Shown in pieces: positions 16,237 to 24,000 of a stretch of DNA of 24,000 nt. How positions within the stretch are numbered: position 1 is the first letter of the stretch; the number at the start of each line of letters is the position of its first letter. The stretch covers positions 75,230 through 99,229 of the forward strand of contig CALLUS010000004.1 of assembly GCA_938010435.1 (NCBI GenBank), written 5' to 3'. The notes beneath the pieces are model-generated. The model was not told the DNA's origin, did not search any database, and was given only the letters and a program-made list of their open reading frames with translations. The position numbers were made by a program, and so were the translations under genes. The DNA is from an uncultured Rhizobiaceae group bacterium (GTDB taxonomy: Bacteria; Pseudomonadota; Alphaproteobacteria; Rhizobiales; Rhizobiaceae).

Positions 16237-18219
16237 ATGATGAACCACGATACTTCGCACGGAACAAATAAAGGACGATCCGAGCTTTCCCCAACTCAAC
16301 ATTTCTCGACACAAGGCAAAATTGAGGTCACCGATGACGCAATCGCAACCGAAATTGCATTTCTCCTGAAATACGGATTAGGACGTCCAACTTTAGAAAC
16401 AGCAACACGCCGCGCAGCTTATTTCAATATCTCGGCAGCTGAATCTTTAATGGCTTATGGTGCTATCAGTGAAAGCGACTATGCCAGATGTTGCGCTTGG
16501 GAACTTAACATCGAGTTCACAGATTTCACATCAGAGATGGTGGAGCCGATAACACAAGTGCCCAACCCAGACACACTTTTGCGAATGGCAGCAATGGTTC
16601 AAACGCAAGAGCGACGAGATTTGGATGTCATCGCACAGCAGTTTGATGGCAGGCTGGTGAATTTAGCGCCTGATATGCGCAAACTATCTCAGTTTGTTCC
16701 CTTTTTTTCCAAACATCCAAATGTGAAGAATAGGATCCGCATTACTACGGTGCGCGCAAATCGCGAGAGCATCATTCGGCGGTGTAAGGGCAGTCTTCTG
16801 TTCAATGCCGTTCACGGATTACGGGAAAAACTTCCACAATTCAGCGCGCGGCGGGTCATCACTGTTGCACAAGCAATCGTACTTTTTGTACTTTTTCAAA
16901 CAGTTGCAATTATCGCATTCATCTCTTCGAACGCTATTTTATTTACAGCTCATCTACTTGCATCCACGTTCTATCTGGGGTGTGTGGGGTTACGTGCTTA
17001 TTCAGCACTGCAACAAGGTGTTGTGCAAAAACATGCCGAGTTTAAAAAGAAACAAACCCGGAAGTTGAACGACAGTGAACTGCCATTCTATTCAATCGTT
17101 GTCGCGCTCTATCAAGAACAATCTCAAATTGCCGACCTCATCTCATCATTGCTGAAACTCGATTGGCCTTATGAAAAACAAGAGATCTTATTGGTTTGTG
17201 AAGAAGACGACACCGCTACAATAAATGCCATTGAAGCCTGCATCACAAATTTACGACGACCTCATATTTCTCTAATCATTGTGCCGTTTGCTGAACCGCG
17301 CACAAAACCAAAAGCATTGAACTATGCTTTGCAGCTTTGCCGCGGAGATTACGTTGTTGTTTATGATGCAGAGGACCGGCCTGCAACAAATCAACTGCGT
17401 CAAGCGTCGGATGAATTTATGATGGAGAGTGCTGACCTGGTTTGTTTGCAAGCACCATTATCCATTCATAATCATCACGAAAGCTGGCTCTCCAAAATGT
17501 TCGCAATTGAATACAGCGCTCTCTTTGATGGGCTGTTGCCAACTCTTGCGCACAATAAGCTGCCCCTGCCGTTGGGTGGAACTTCAAATCACTTCAAAAA
17601 AGATATCTTAATCGAAATAGGTGGTTGGGACCCTTATAATGTGACCGAAGACGCTGATCTGGGTATGCGTATGTCCAGAGCCGGATATTCCATCGGCACA
17701 TTGACAGCCCCTACAATGGAAGAAGCACCAATTGCTTTCAATATCTGGTTAAAACAACGAACACGTTGGTTTAAAGGGTGGTTTCAAACTTGGCTGGTAC
17801 ACATGCGTCACCCGATTTTTTTGGTACAAGACCTCGGGTTTAGGGGCGCTCTTATTTTTCATCTCATGATCACAGGGATGATTGTATCATCACTGGTCCA
17901 CCCACTTCTATTATATTTCATTGCATCATGGATTTGGTTCAACTGGGCTTATGGGTTTGCAGCAACTTTTTCCAATCCTCTTTTCTTGTTCGATCTTGTA
18001 ACGATTCTTGGTGGCTATTTATCGTTTTCGGCATTGGCATTGCGGACGATGCCGAAGCGAAACTTACAACATTTGTCTATTTGGTTGCTTACCCTGCCAA
18101 TATATTGGTTGTTGTTGTCGATTGCAGCATGGCGCGCCGTTTGGCACCTGATTAGACGTCCCCACGAATGGGAAAAGACGCCACACAGGTTACAACGTGC
18201 AAATTCTGCGACAGATTAG
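16237..18219 (+). CDS. processive family-2 glycosyltransferase (membrane-embedded polysaccharide synthase) with an extra N-terminal cytoplasmic domain
   Basis: GT2 motifs appear in order: YSIVVALYQE, YDAEDR (DxD), VTEDADLG (TED) and KQRTRWFKGW (QxxRW). Two hydrophobic helices precede the catalytic domain and at least four follow it. The ~200-aa N-terminus looks T2SSE_N-like. The start is ATG 16237 or 16240, or the track's TTG 16222, 8-23 nt after the luxI stop. Confidence 0.85.
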   Translation: MMNHDTSHGTNKGRSELSPTQHFSTQGKIEVTDDAIATEIAFLLKYGLGRPTLETATRRAAYFNISAAESLMAYGAISESDYARCCAWELNIEFTDFTSEMVEPITQVPNPDTLLRMAAMVQTQERRDLDVIAQQFDGRLVNLAPDMRKLSQFVPFFSKHPNVKNRIRITTVRANRESIIRRCKGSLLFNAVHGLREKLPQFSARRVITVAQAIVLFVLFQTVAIIAFISSNAILFTAHLLASTFYLGCVGLRAYSALQQGVVQKHAEFKKKQTRKLNDSELPFYSIVVALYQEQSQIADLISSLLKLDWPYEKQEILLVCEEDDTATINAIEACITNLRRPHISLIIVPFAEPRTKPKALNYALQLCRGDYVVVYDAEDRPATNQLRQASDEFMMESADLVCLQAPLSIHNHHESWLSKMFAIEYSALFDGLLPTLAHNKLPLPLGGTSNHFKKDILIEIGGWDPYNVTEDADLGMRMSRAGYSIGTLTAPTMEEAPIAFNIWLKQRTRWFKGWFQTWLVHMRHPIFLVQDLGFRGALIFHLMITGMIVSSLVHPLLLYFIASWIWFNWAYGFAATFSNPLFLFDLVTILGGYLSFSALALRTMPKRNLQHLSIWLLTLPIYWLLLSIAAWRAVWHLIRRPHEWEKTPHRLQRANSATD

Positions 18220-19307
18220 GAAGCGAAGTGCTTTGAAAGTTTTAAGCCTTGAGCCTGATAGTTGGATTTTAAATCAGCGCCGTATAAAGCTTTTGGGCGT
18301 TCCATCATGTGTTCATAGACCAACCGGCCGACGATCTGTCCGTGTTCCAAAATAAATGGTACTTCATGGCTGCGCACTTCAAGGACAGCACGAGCGCCTG
18401 TTCCTCCCGCCGCAGCATGACCAAAACCAGGGTCAAAAAATCCAGCATAATGCACGCGGAATTCACCTACTAACGGATCGAATGGCACCATTTCTGCCGC
18501 ATAATTTGGCGGTACATGAACAGCTTCACGCGACACCAGAATGTAAAATTCGTCAGGATCGAGAACAATGTCCTGCGACCCGCGATTGTAAATCGGTTCC
18601 CAATAATCGAGCACGCTACATGCAGCTTTTTTATCCACATCCACAACGCCTGTGTGACGCTTACCCCGATAACCCACCAGACCATCTTTGTCGCCCGTGA
18701 GATCAATCGACATGGCGATGCCTCGATGATCAATATTTGGTTGTTCAGCAGCTACAAGCGTTTCAGCGTCATGCAAAGCCAACAGTGTATCTCGATCGAG
18801 AACAGCTTCGCCCGTGCGAAACCTGATTTGAGAAAGTCTTGAACCCGTGCGCGCGACAATCGGGAAGGTACGTGGGCTCACTTCGATATAGAGTGGTCCT
18901 TCGTAGCCCGTTGGCACCATATCAAATTGCTGGGCATTATCCGCAATAACGCGGGTAAAAATATCAAGACGGCCCGTAGAGCTTTTTGGATTGGCCGACG
19001 CGGAAATATTTTCTGGTAACTTGAAACCTTCCAATACGGGAACGATGTAAACGCAACCTGTTTCCAAAACGGCTCCCTCGCTAAGATCGATTTTATGGAG
19101 CAGGAAGCGTTCCATTTTATCAATCACGGTGGAGTCTTTTCCAGGCAAAAATGATGCTCTCACACGCCAGGCATATTTGCCCAAACGCAGGTCCAAGCTC
19201 GCTGGCTGAATCTGATCTTCATCCAGCCGGCGCTCACACGAAATACCACCTTGCGCGAATAGCGCGGCAATTTGGGCGTCGTTTAAAATTCCATACTCTT
19301 TGCTCAT
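18216..19307 (-). CDS. dcd: 2'-deoxycytidine 5'-triphosphate deaminase (long ~360-aa form)
   Basis: 363 aa. The length and overall pattern match the long DCD family common in alphaproteobacteria (two dUTPase-like halves). It has an ATG start. Confidence 0.8.
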   Translation of the reverse strand: MSKEYGILNDAQIAALFAQGGISCERRLDEDQIQPASLDLRLGKYAWRVRASFLPGKDSTVIDKMERFLLHKIDLSEGAVLETGCVYIVPVLEGFKLPENISASANPKSSTGRLDIFTRVIADNAQQFDMVPTGYEGPLYIEVSPRTFPIVARTGSRLSQIRFRTGEAVLDRDTLLALHDAETLVAAEQPNIDHRGIAMSIDLTGDKDGLVGYRGKRHTGVVDVDKKAACSVLDYWEPIYNRGSQDIVLDPDEFYILVSREAVHVPPNYAAEMVPFDPLVGEFRVHYAGFFDPGFGHAAAGGTGARAVLEVRSHEVPFILEHGQIVGRLVYEHMMERPKALYGADLKSNYQAQGLKLSKHFAS

Positions 19308-19376
19308 AACAATCTCTTTATCGCGACAAGGAATTGACGCAAAGTGGTCCTTGCTTTAACCCACACCTCAATTGTG

Positions 19377-19428
19377 GTGATTTGGCCGGTCGGCTTGCAG
19401 CCACATTAAACAAGTCGCTAAAGGACCG
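19377..19428 (+). promoter_or_regulatory. SAM-II (alphaproteobacterial metA/metZ-type) riboswitch aptamer, candidate
   Basis: GUGAUUUGGCCGGUCGGCUUGCAGCCACAUUAAACAAGUCGCUAAAGGACCG matches my memory of the SAM-II consensus (GAUUUGG...GGCUUGCAGCC...UUAAACAAGUCGCUAAAG). P1 is 19377-19384 with 19411-19418 (8 bp). A pseudoknot is possible between CGGUC (19387-19391) and GACCG (19424-19428). It lies in the 5' leader of metZ. Confidence 0.6.
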
Positions 19429-19466
19429 AAACTGAAACAGGGCTTTCGCCGTGTCTTCAATTTGGG

Positions 19467-19503
19467 AAACCGATTTCGCGGCCGTCGTGAAGTCGGTTTT
19501 TTT
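19467..19503 (+). terminator. intrinsic terminator/attenuator in the metZ leader
   Basis: AAACCGAUUUC / GAAGUCGGUUU forms an 11-bp stem (one G-U pair) with an 11-nt loop, running into a 7-T tract. It ends 40 nt before the metZ ATG and is the likely expression platform of the riboswitch. Confidence 0.75.
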
Positions 19504-19543
19504 ATATCCGATTTTCTGATGACCAATTTGGAGTGAAAAGAAT

Positions 19544-20731
19544 ATGTCTAAGAATTGGAAGCCAGCAACACAACTCGTGCACGCCGGCACACAACGTTCG
19601 CAGTTTGGGGAAACATCAGAAGCTCTCTATCTCACACAGGGCTTTGTATATGAGTCTGCAGAAGCTGCAGAAGCACGCTTCAACGGCGAAGAAGAGGGCT
19701 ATGTGTATTCACGCTATGCCAACCCAACAGTATCTATGTTTGAAGAACGTATGTGCGCCTTGGAAGGTGCTGAGGCTGCCCTTGGCACGGCGAGTGGCAT
19801 GGGGGCAATCAGTGCCGCGCTTATGTGTCAGGTGAAAGCGGGAGATCATGTGGTTTCTGCCCGTGCACTGTTTGGATCATGCCGCTGGGTCGTTGAAAAA
19901 CTTATGCCGCAATATGGGGTTGAATCGACCTTGGTGGATGGAACAGATCTAGAAGCTTGGAAAGCGGCTATCCGTCCGAACACAAAAATTCTGTTTTTAG
20001 AATCACCCACGAACCCGACACTTGAATTGGTGGATGTTGCTGCAGTTGCTCAGCTGGCCAAAGAAATCGACGCCAAGCTCGTCGTTGACAACGTATTTGC
20101 TACACCACTTTATCAAAAACCTTTGGAACTTGGTGCCGATATCGTGGTCTATTCAGCAACCAAACATATTGATGGCCAAGGTCGTTGTTTGGGTGGCGTT
20201 GTGCTCTCCAGCGAAGAGTGGATTAAAGAAAGTCTGTTTGACTATTTTCGCCATACCGGACCGAGCCTCTCACCCTTCAATGCATGGGTGTTGCTAAAGG
20301 GATTGGAAACCCTGCCTCTTCGGGTGGCACAGCAAACTGCTAATGCCACACGCCTTGCTGACCAATTGGCAGATGCTTCCCATGTGAAACGTATCATTTA
20401 TCCCGGTCGAGACGACCATCCACAAGCTGATATTGCCAAAAAGCAAATGAGTGCCGGATCAACGCTGGTTGCTTTTGAATTGGAAGGCGGGAAACCTGCC
20501 GCTTTCGCATTTGAAAATGCACTGGAAATAGTTAAAGTTTCCAACAACCTTGGTGATGCTAAAAGCCTTATCACTCACCCAGCCACCACCACACACAAAA
20601 ACTTGTCTGACGAAGATCGCGCTGAACTGGGCATTTCCGATGGTATGATGCGTCTATCTTGTGGTTTGGAAGACACGGACGACTTGATGGGTGACATTGC
20701 AAAAGCGCTGGAGTTATCGAGCAAGGTGTAA
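19544..20731 (+). CDS. metZ: O-succinylhomoserine sulfhydrylase (Cys/Met-metabolism PLP enzyme)
   Basis: 395 aa. The PLP-lysine context is YSATKHIDGQGR, with the N-terminal TQLVHAG...E...LYLTQGF. The overall pattern fits MetZ-type enzymes. Confidence 0.85.
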   Translation: MSKNWKPATQLVHAGTQRSQFGETSEALYLTQGFVYESAEAAEARFNGEEEGYVYSRYANPTVSMFEERMCALEGAEAALGTASGMGAISAALMCQVKAGDHVVSARALFGSCRWVVEKLMPQYGVESTLVDGTDLEAWKAAIRPNTKILFLESPTNPTLELVDVAAVAQLAKEIDAKLVVDNVFATPLYQKPLELGADIVVYSATKHIDGQGRCLGGVVLSSEEWIKESLFDYFRHTGPSLSPFNAWVLLKGLETLPLRVAQQTANATRLADQLADASHVKRIIYPGRDDHPQADIAKKQMSAGSTLVAFELEGGKPAAFAFENALEIVKVSNNLGDAKSLITHPATTTHKNLSDEDRAELGISDGMMRLSCGLEDTDDLMGDIAKALELSSKV

Positions 20732-20734
20732 GTT

Positions 20735-21208
20735 TCAAAAGACACTTCTGACTTTAACGATATTAATTCTGAACGGATTGTCCTGCAGGTATGCCACTGC
20801 GATTTTCCAGTATGCAAGCGCCCCTGCTGCTCCGCCTAAACAACTTAGGAGTACAAATGTAAAATCCATCTCTTGTGCTAGAAAAGATGCTTCGAAAGTT
20901 TGAAAAATAAGATGGGCGACCAAGGCCACACCCACGCCTACTATTGCGTGTCCATAAGGACCAAGACGACCTCTCGTCTCATTTACAAGCACGAATAGCA
21001 TTGTTGGGAAGAATGCAGTCGTTCCAGTAATCACTATACCAAGTAGCCACAGTCCGTTCACATACGCGTCGCCAAAGATACCGAACGGCAACAGGACAAT
21101 TGTGGTGGCCACCAAAACCGCCGCTACGTAGCCTGCCAGTATCCTGACCACTCTTAGCGCAATACGCTTTCCGCCCGACCATTCTCCTTTGTCTGAAATC
21201 AATTCCAA
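20735..21208 (-). CDS. small integral membrane protein (about 4 TM helices), unknown function
   Basis: Track ORF 20735..21370 runs through the cox terminator, so I trimmed it to the TTG at 21206-21208, which has AAGGAGAG 5 nt upstream. That gives 157 aa. Hydrophobic segments are ILAGYVAAVLVATTIVLL, LWLLGIVITGTTAFFPTMLFVLV, IVGVGVALVAHLIF and FVLLSCLGGAAGALAYW. Confidence 0.5.
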   Translation of the reverse strand: MELISDKGEWSGGKRIALRVVRILAGYVAAVLVATTIVLLPFGIFGDAYVNGLWLLGIVITGTTAFFPTMLFVLVNETRGRLGPYGHAIVGVGVALVAHLIFQTFEASFLAQEMDFTFVLLSCLGGAAGALAYWKIAVAYLQDNPFRINIVKVRSVF

Positions 21209-21318
21209 TTTTTCTCTCCTTGACGGTTTCAACAAGGAAAATGTAATTTTGAACTGGATAGAATTTACGGCCCGCAAGTGCAGCCGAACCTTATCGTTTT
21301 GCAGATTTCGCGCAGGCA

Positions 21319-21347
21319 CAAAAAAGGGCGGTTTGAAACCGCCCTTT
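21319..21347 (-). terminator. rho-independent terminator after the coxM-like gene (palindromic, potentially bidirectional)
   Basis: AAAGGGCGGTTT-G-AAACCGCCCTTT is a perfect 12-bp dyad. On the minus strand the GGGCGG/CCGCCC stem is followed by TTTTTTG. It starts about 22 nt after the stop at 21370. Confidence 0.85.
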
Positions 21348-21369
21348 CCATATTCAATATTTGATTGCA

Positions 21370-22173
21370 CTAACCGGCAGCAGCAACCACTGCACGCTTG
21401 GCCATAACCTTCACCAGATTTGCGCGATAGGCTGATGAGCCATGAATGTCAGACAACATATCACCTTCATCGACCTTGCACCCTTCAAGAGATCCAGGCT
21501 CAAATGATTTGGACAATGCTTTCTCCATATCTTTTGGACGGTATACACCGCCTTGCGAAGCGCCAGTAACACCAACACGCACATCGCCTTTACCATGATC
21601 AGCCACATACACACCGGCCATTGCATAACGGGATGCCGGATTTGGAAACTTGGCATAAGCCCCACGTTTTGGTGCCATGAACGACACTGCTTTTACAAAT
21701 TCATCCTCCGCCAACGCTGTGTCAAACATACCGGTGAAAAACTTCTCAGCTTTCATCTTACGCTTGTTGGTGATGATGGTGGCGCCTAGCGCCAGCATAG
21801 CGGACGGATAGTCAGCCGCCGGATCATTATTGGCAATTGAACCACCGATCGTTCCCCGATTGCGCACATGAGGGTCGCCAATATGCGCCGCAAGGCCTGC
21901 CAAACTCGGGCAAACTTTTGCAAGTTTAGCATGGGTGGCAACTTCCGCATGGGTGGCGGTTGCCCCGATGGTCACTTCTTTACCCTTCACTTCGATCTTG
22001 TTCATATCTTTAATATAGGTCAGATCGATCAGATCAGATGGAGCCGCGAGGCGCTGTTTCATCGTTGGCAGTAAAGTCATACCGCCTGACAAATACATTC
22101 CATCATCACAGGCGCGCAGTTTCTTACCTGCGTCAGCTGCGTCTTTTGCGCGGTGGTAGTTTGTATCATACAT
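21370..22173 (-). CDS. FAD-binding medium subunit of a xanthine dehydrogenase/CO dehydrogenase-family molybdoenzyme (CoxM-like)
   Basis: 267 aa. YLSGGMTLLP, the GDPHVRNRGTIGGSIAN FAD-binding motif and the C-terminal CO_deh_flav_C-like SAYRANL are present. It has an AAGGAG SD. Confidence 0.85.
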   Translation of the reverse strand: MYDTNYHRAKDAADAGKKLRACDDGMYLSGGMTLLPTMKQRLAAPSDLIDLTYIKDMNKIEVKGKEVTIGATATHAEVATHAKLAKVCPSLAGLAAHIGDPHVRNRGTIGGSIANNDPAADYPSAMLALGATIITNKRKMKAEKFFTGMFDTALAEDEFVKAVSFMAPKRGAYAKFPNPASRYAMAGVYVADHGKGDVRVGVTGASQGGVYRPKDMEKALSKSFEPGSLEGCKVDEGDMLSDIHGSSAYRANLVKVMAKRAVVAAAG

Positions 22174-22184
22174 GGTATTTCTCC

Positions 22185-24000
22185 TTATTCCGCAGCTTCA
22201 GCCATGCCGCCATCGTTGATGGCCGCCCAAACATTTTGCGGACTTGCTGGCATGGTGAGATTGTTGTGACCGATTGCATCTGTGATCGCATTGATGACCG
22301 CAGGTGGCGATCCAATGGCTCCAGCTTCCCCACACCCTTTGATGCCGAGTGGGTTGCCCGGGCAAAGTGTTTCGGTTGTGGAAACGTGGAAGTTTGGCAG
22401 ATTGTCAGCACGTGGCATGGTGTAATCCATATAAGACGCTGACAGCAGTTGCCCGTCGTCGTCATACACCGCATTTTCCATCATGGCCTGACCAATACCT
22501 TGCGCTAAACCGCCATGGACCTGCCCTTCCACAATCATCGGATTAATGATTTTCCCGAAGTCATCCGCCGCGACGAATTTCTCGATTGTGGTCACACCCG
22601 TATTCGGATCGACCTCAACTTCGCAAATGTAACAACCAGCTGGGAAGGTGAAGTTGGTCGGGTCGTAAAATGCGCCTTCTTTCAGTCCTGGTTCCATGCC
22701 TTCTGGCAAGTTGTGGCCTGTATAAGCTCCAAGACAAACTTCATGCCAACCAAGCTTTTTATCAGTACCTTTGACCATCACTTCACCGTCTTTGATCTCG
22801 ATGTCACCTTCGGCAGCTTCTAGCATGTGCGCCGCAATTTTTTTGGCTTTGGCTTCCACTTTATCAAGCGCCTTCTCGATAGCAGACATGCCAACGGCAC
22901 CTGAACGGGACCCATAGGTGCCCATACCGAACTGAACCTTATCTGTATCACCATGCACAATTTGAACATTGTCTTTTGGAAGACCAAAACGCTCCGTCAC
23001 CAATTGGGCAAAGGTGGTTTCATGTCCCTGCCCATGGCTGTGAGAACCTGTCAAAACTTCCACAGTACCAACTGGGTTCACACGCACTTCGGCAGATTCC
23101 CAAAGACCAACACCAGCACCGAGTGATCCAACAGCGGCCGATGGCGCTATACCACAGGCTTCAATGTAGCAGCTCATACCTATGCCTCGCAGCATACCAT
23201 TCTTGGCCGACTTTTTACGACGTTTTTCAAAGTCTGAATATTTGATTTCTGCCATCGCTGCATCAAGTGATGCACCAAAATCTCCAGCATCATAAGCCAT
23301 AATCACTGGCGTCTGATGCGGGAACTCTTGAATGAAATTGTTGCGACGTAATTCTGCCGGATCAACACCCAATTGACGTGCTGCCGTGGTCATCATTCGC
23401 TCAACCAAATAAGTTGCTTCTGGACGACCAGCCCCACGATACGCATCCACTGGCACAGTGTTGGTGTACACTGTTTTCACATTACAATGGATGTTGGGAA
23501 TGTTGTATTGGCCAGACAAGAGCGTGGCATAAAGATAAGTCGGAACACTTGATGAAAAGAGCGACATATAAGCGCCCAAGTTCGCCAGTGTTTCAATCTT
23601 GAAGCCTGTGATCTTGTTATTCTTGTCGAAAGCCATTTTCGCTTTGGAAAAATGATCGCGGCCGTGCGCGTCCGTTAAAAATGATTCAGACCGATCAGCC
23701 GTCCACTTTACTGCTGCAACGCCAGCTCTCTTTGCGGCCCATAGGCAGACAATCTCTTCTGGGTAAATGTAGATTTTCGCGCCAAAACCGCCACCTACAT
23801 CCGGCGCAATCACACGTAATTTATTTTCCGGAGCCACCTGATAAAAAGCTGACAAAACCAACCGCGCCACATGAGGATTTTGCGACGTGGTGTGGAGAGT
23901 AAAATGATCTTCGGCAGCATCATACTGGACCAATGCAGAACGTGGTTCCATTGGGTTTGGCACAAGGCGGTTGTTGCGAATATCCAACTCAACCACATTC
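22185..24000 (-). CDS. molybdopterin-binding large subunit of a form-II CO dehydrogenase-like enzyme (CoxL-like), 5' end outside the window
   Basis: At least 603 aa are readable, and the frame stays open to the window edge. It carries the active-site loop AYRGAGR (the form-II signature) rather than the form-I AYxCSFR. The gene order is large then medium subunit. Confidence 0.85.
   Translation of the reverse strand, partial: NVVELDIRNNRLVPNPMEPRSALVQYDAAEDHFTLHTTSQNPHVARLVLSAFYQVAPENKLRVIAPDVGGGFGAKIYIYPEEIVCLWAAKRAGVAAVKWTADRSESFLTDAHGRDHFSKAKMAFDKNNKITGFKIETLANLGAYMSLFSSSVPTYLYATLLSGQYNIPNIHCNVKTVYTNTVPVDAYRGAGRPEATYLVERMMTTAARQLGVDPAELRRNNFIQEFPHQTPVIMAYDAGDFGASLDAAMAEIKYSDFEKRRKKSAKNGMLRGIGMSCYIEACGIAPSAAVGSLGAGVGLWESAEVRVNPVGTVEVLTGSHSHGQGHETTFAQLVTERFGLPKDNVQIVHGDTDKVQFGMGTYGSRSGAVGMSAIEKALDKVEAKAKKIAAHMLEAAEGDIEIKDGEVMVKGTDKKLGWHEVCLGAYTGHNLPEGMEPGLKEGAFYDPTNFTFPAGCYICEVEVDPNTGVTTIEKFVAADDFGKIINPMIVEGQVHGGLAQGIGQAMMENAVYDDDGQLLSASYMDYTMPRADNLPNFHVSTTETLCPGNPLGIKGCGEAGAIGSPPAVINAITDAIGHNNLTMPASPQNVWAAINDGGMAEAAE

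Noticed and set aside
16330-16520. Canonical MshEN c-di-GMP-binding motif in the GT2 N-terminal domain
   Set aside because: Only the central LxxxG(A/I) part is recognisable. The RLG start and the terminal Q of the 24-residue motif are absent, so c-di-GMP binding cannot be claimed.
19318-19590. 90-aa minus-strand ORF between dcd and metZ
   Set aside because: It overlaps the SAM-II-like aptamer, the leader terminator and the metZ start. It has no family resemblance.
1-24000. Numerous 60-140-aa track ORFs antisense to or out of frame within dnaK, dnaJ, lepA, the GT genes, dcd, metZ and coxL (e.g. 4085..4453, 5306..5725, 9096..9698, 10497..11006, 22038..22442)
   Set aside because: All are nested in longer ORFs that have clear family signatures. 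Their translations are low-complexity or Arg/Cys/His-rich, which is typical of antisense frames, and none shows a recognisable domain.
1-24000. Search by eye for tRNA/rRNA, CRISPR repeats, IS/transposase/integrase genes, toxin-antitoxin pairs and known defence-system genes
   Set aside because: None was found. There is no T-loop GGTTCGAATCC context (GGTTCGATTTT at 13865 lacks an acceptor or anticodon structure). There are no regularly spaced repeats and no recombinase-like ORFs.

Overview
This is a 24-kb chromosomal segment whose gene content and protein signatures look alphaproteobacterial. Supporting signs are an IF-3 with an MRRP-type N-terminus, long-form Dcd, metZ behind a SAM-II-like leader, a sigma32-type dnaK promoter and a form-II CoxL/CoxM pair. 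Packing is very tight, with 4-nt start/stop overlaps and two convergent gene pairs that share stop-codon bases. Housekeeping genes: two tandem DUF1330 genes, pyrF, an FMN reductase, dnaJ, dnaK, alkB, a GST-like gene, DUF2161, lepA, infC (ATT start, missed by the ORF track), dcd and metZ. Accessory or unusual content: (1) a luxR-luxI quorum-sensing pair followed directly by a 660-aa processive family-2 glycosyltransferase with an extra N-terminal domain, wedged between infC and dcd; this is the most system-like element. (2) An FkbM-type methyltransferase between dnaK and dnaJ, overlapping dnaJ by ATGA. (3) A 639-bp non-coding region (11088-11726) dense in hairpins, palindromes and repeats. (4) A SAM-II-like riboswitch plus intrinsic terminator upstream of metZ. 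I saw no rRNA, tRNA, CRISPR array, transposase, integrase or recognisable defence-system genes. All product calls rest on my reading of the supplied translations; no searches were run.
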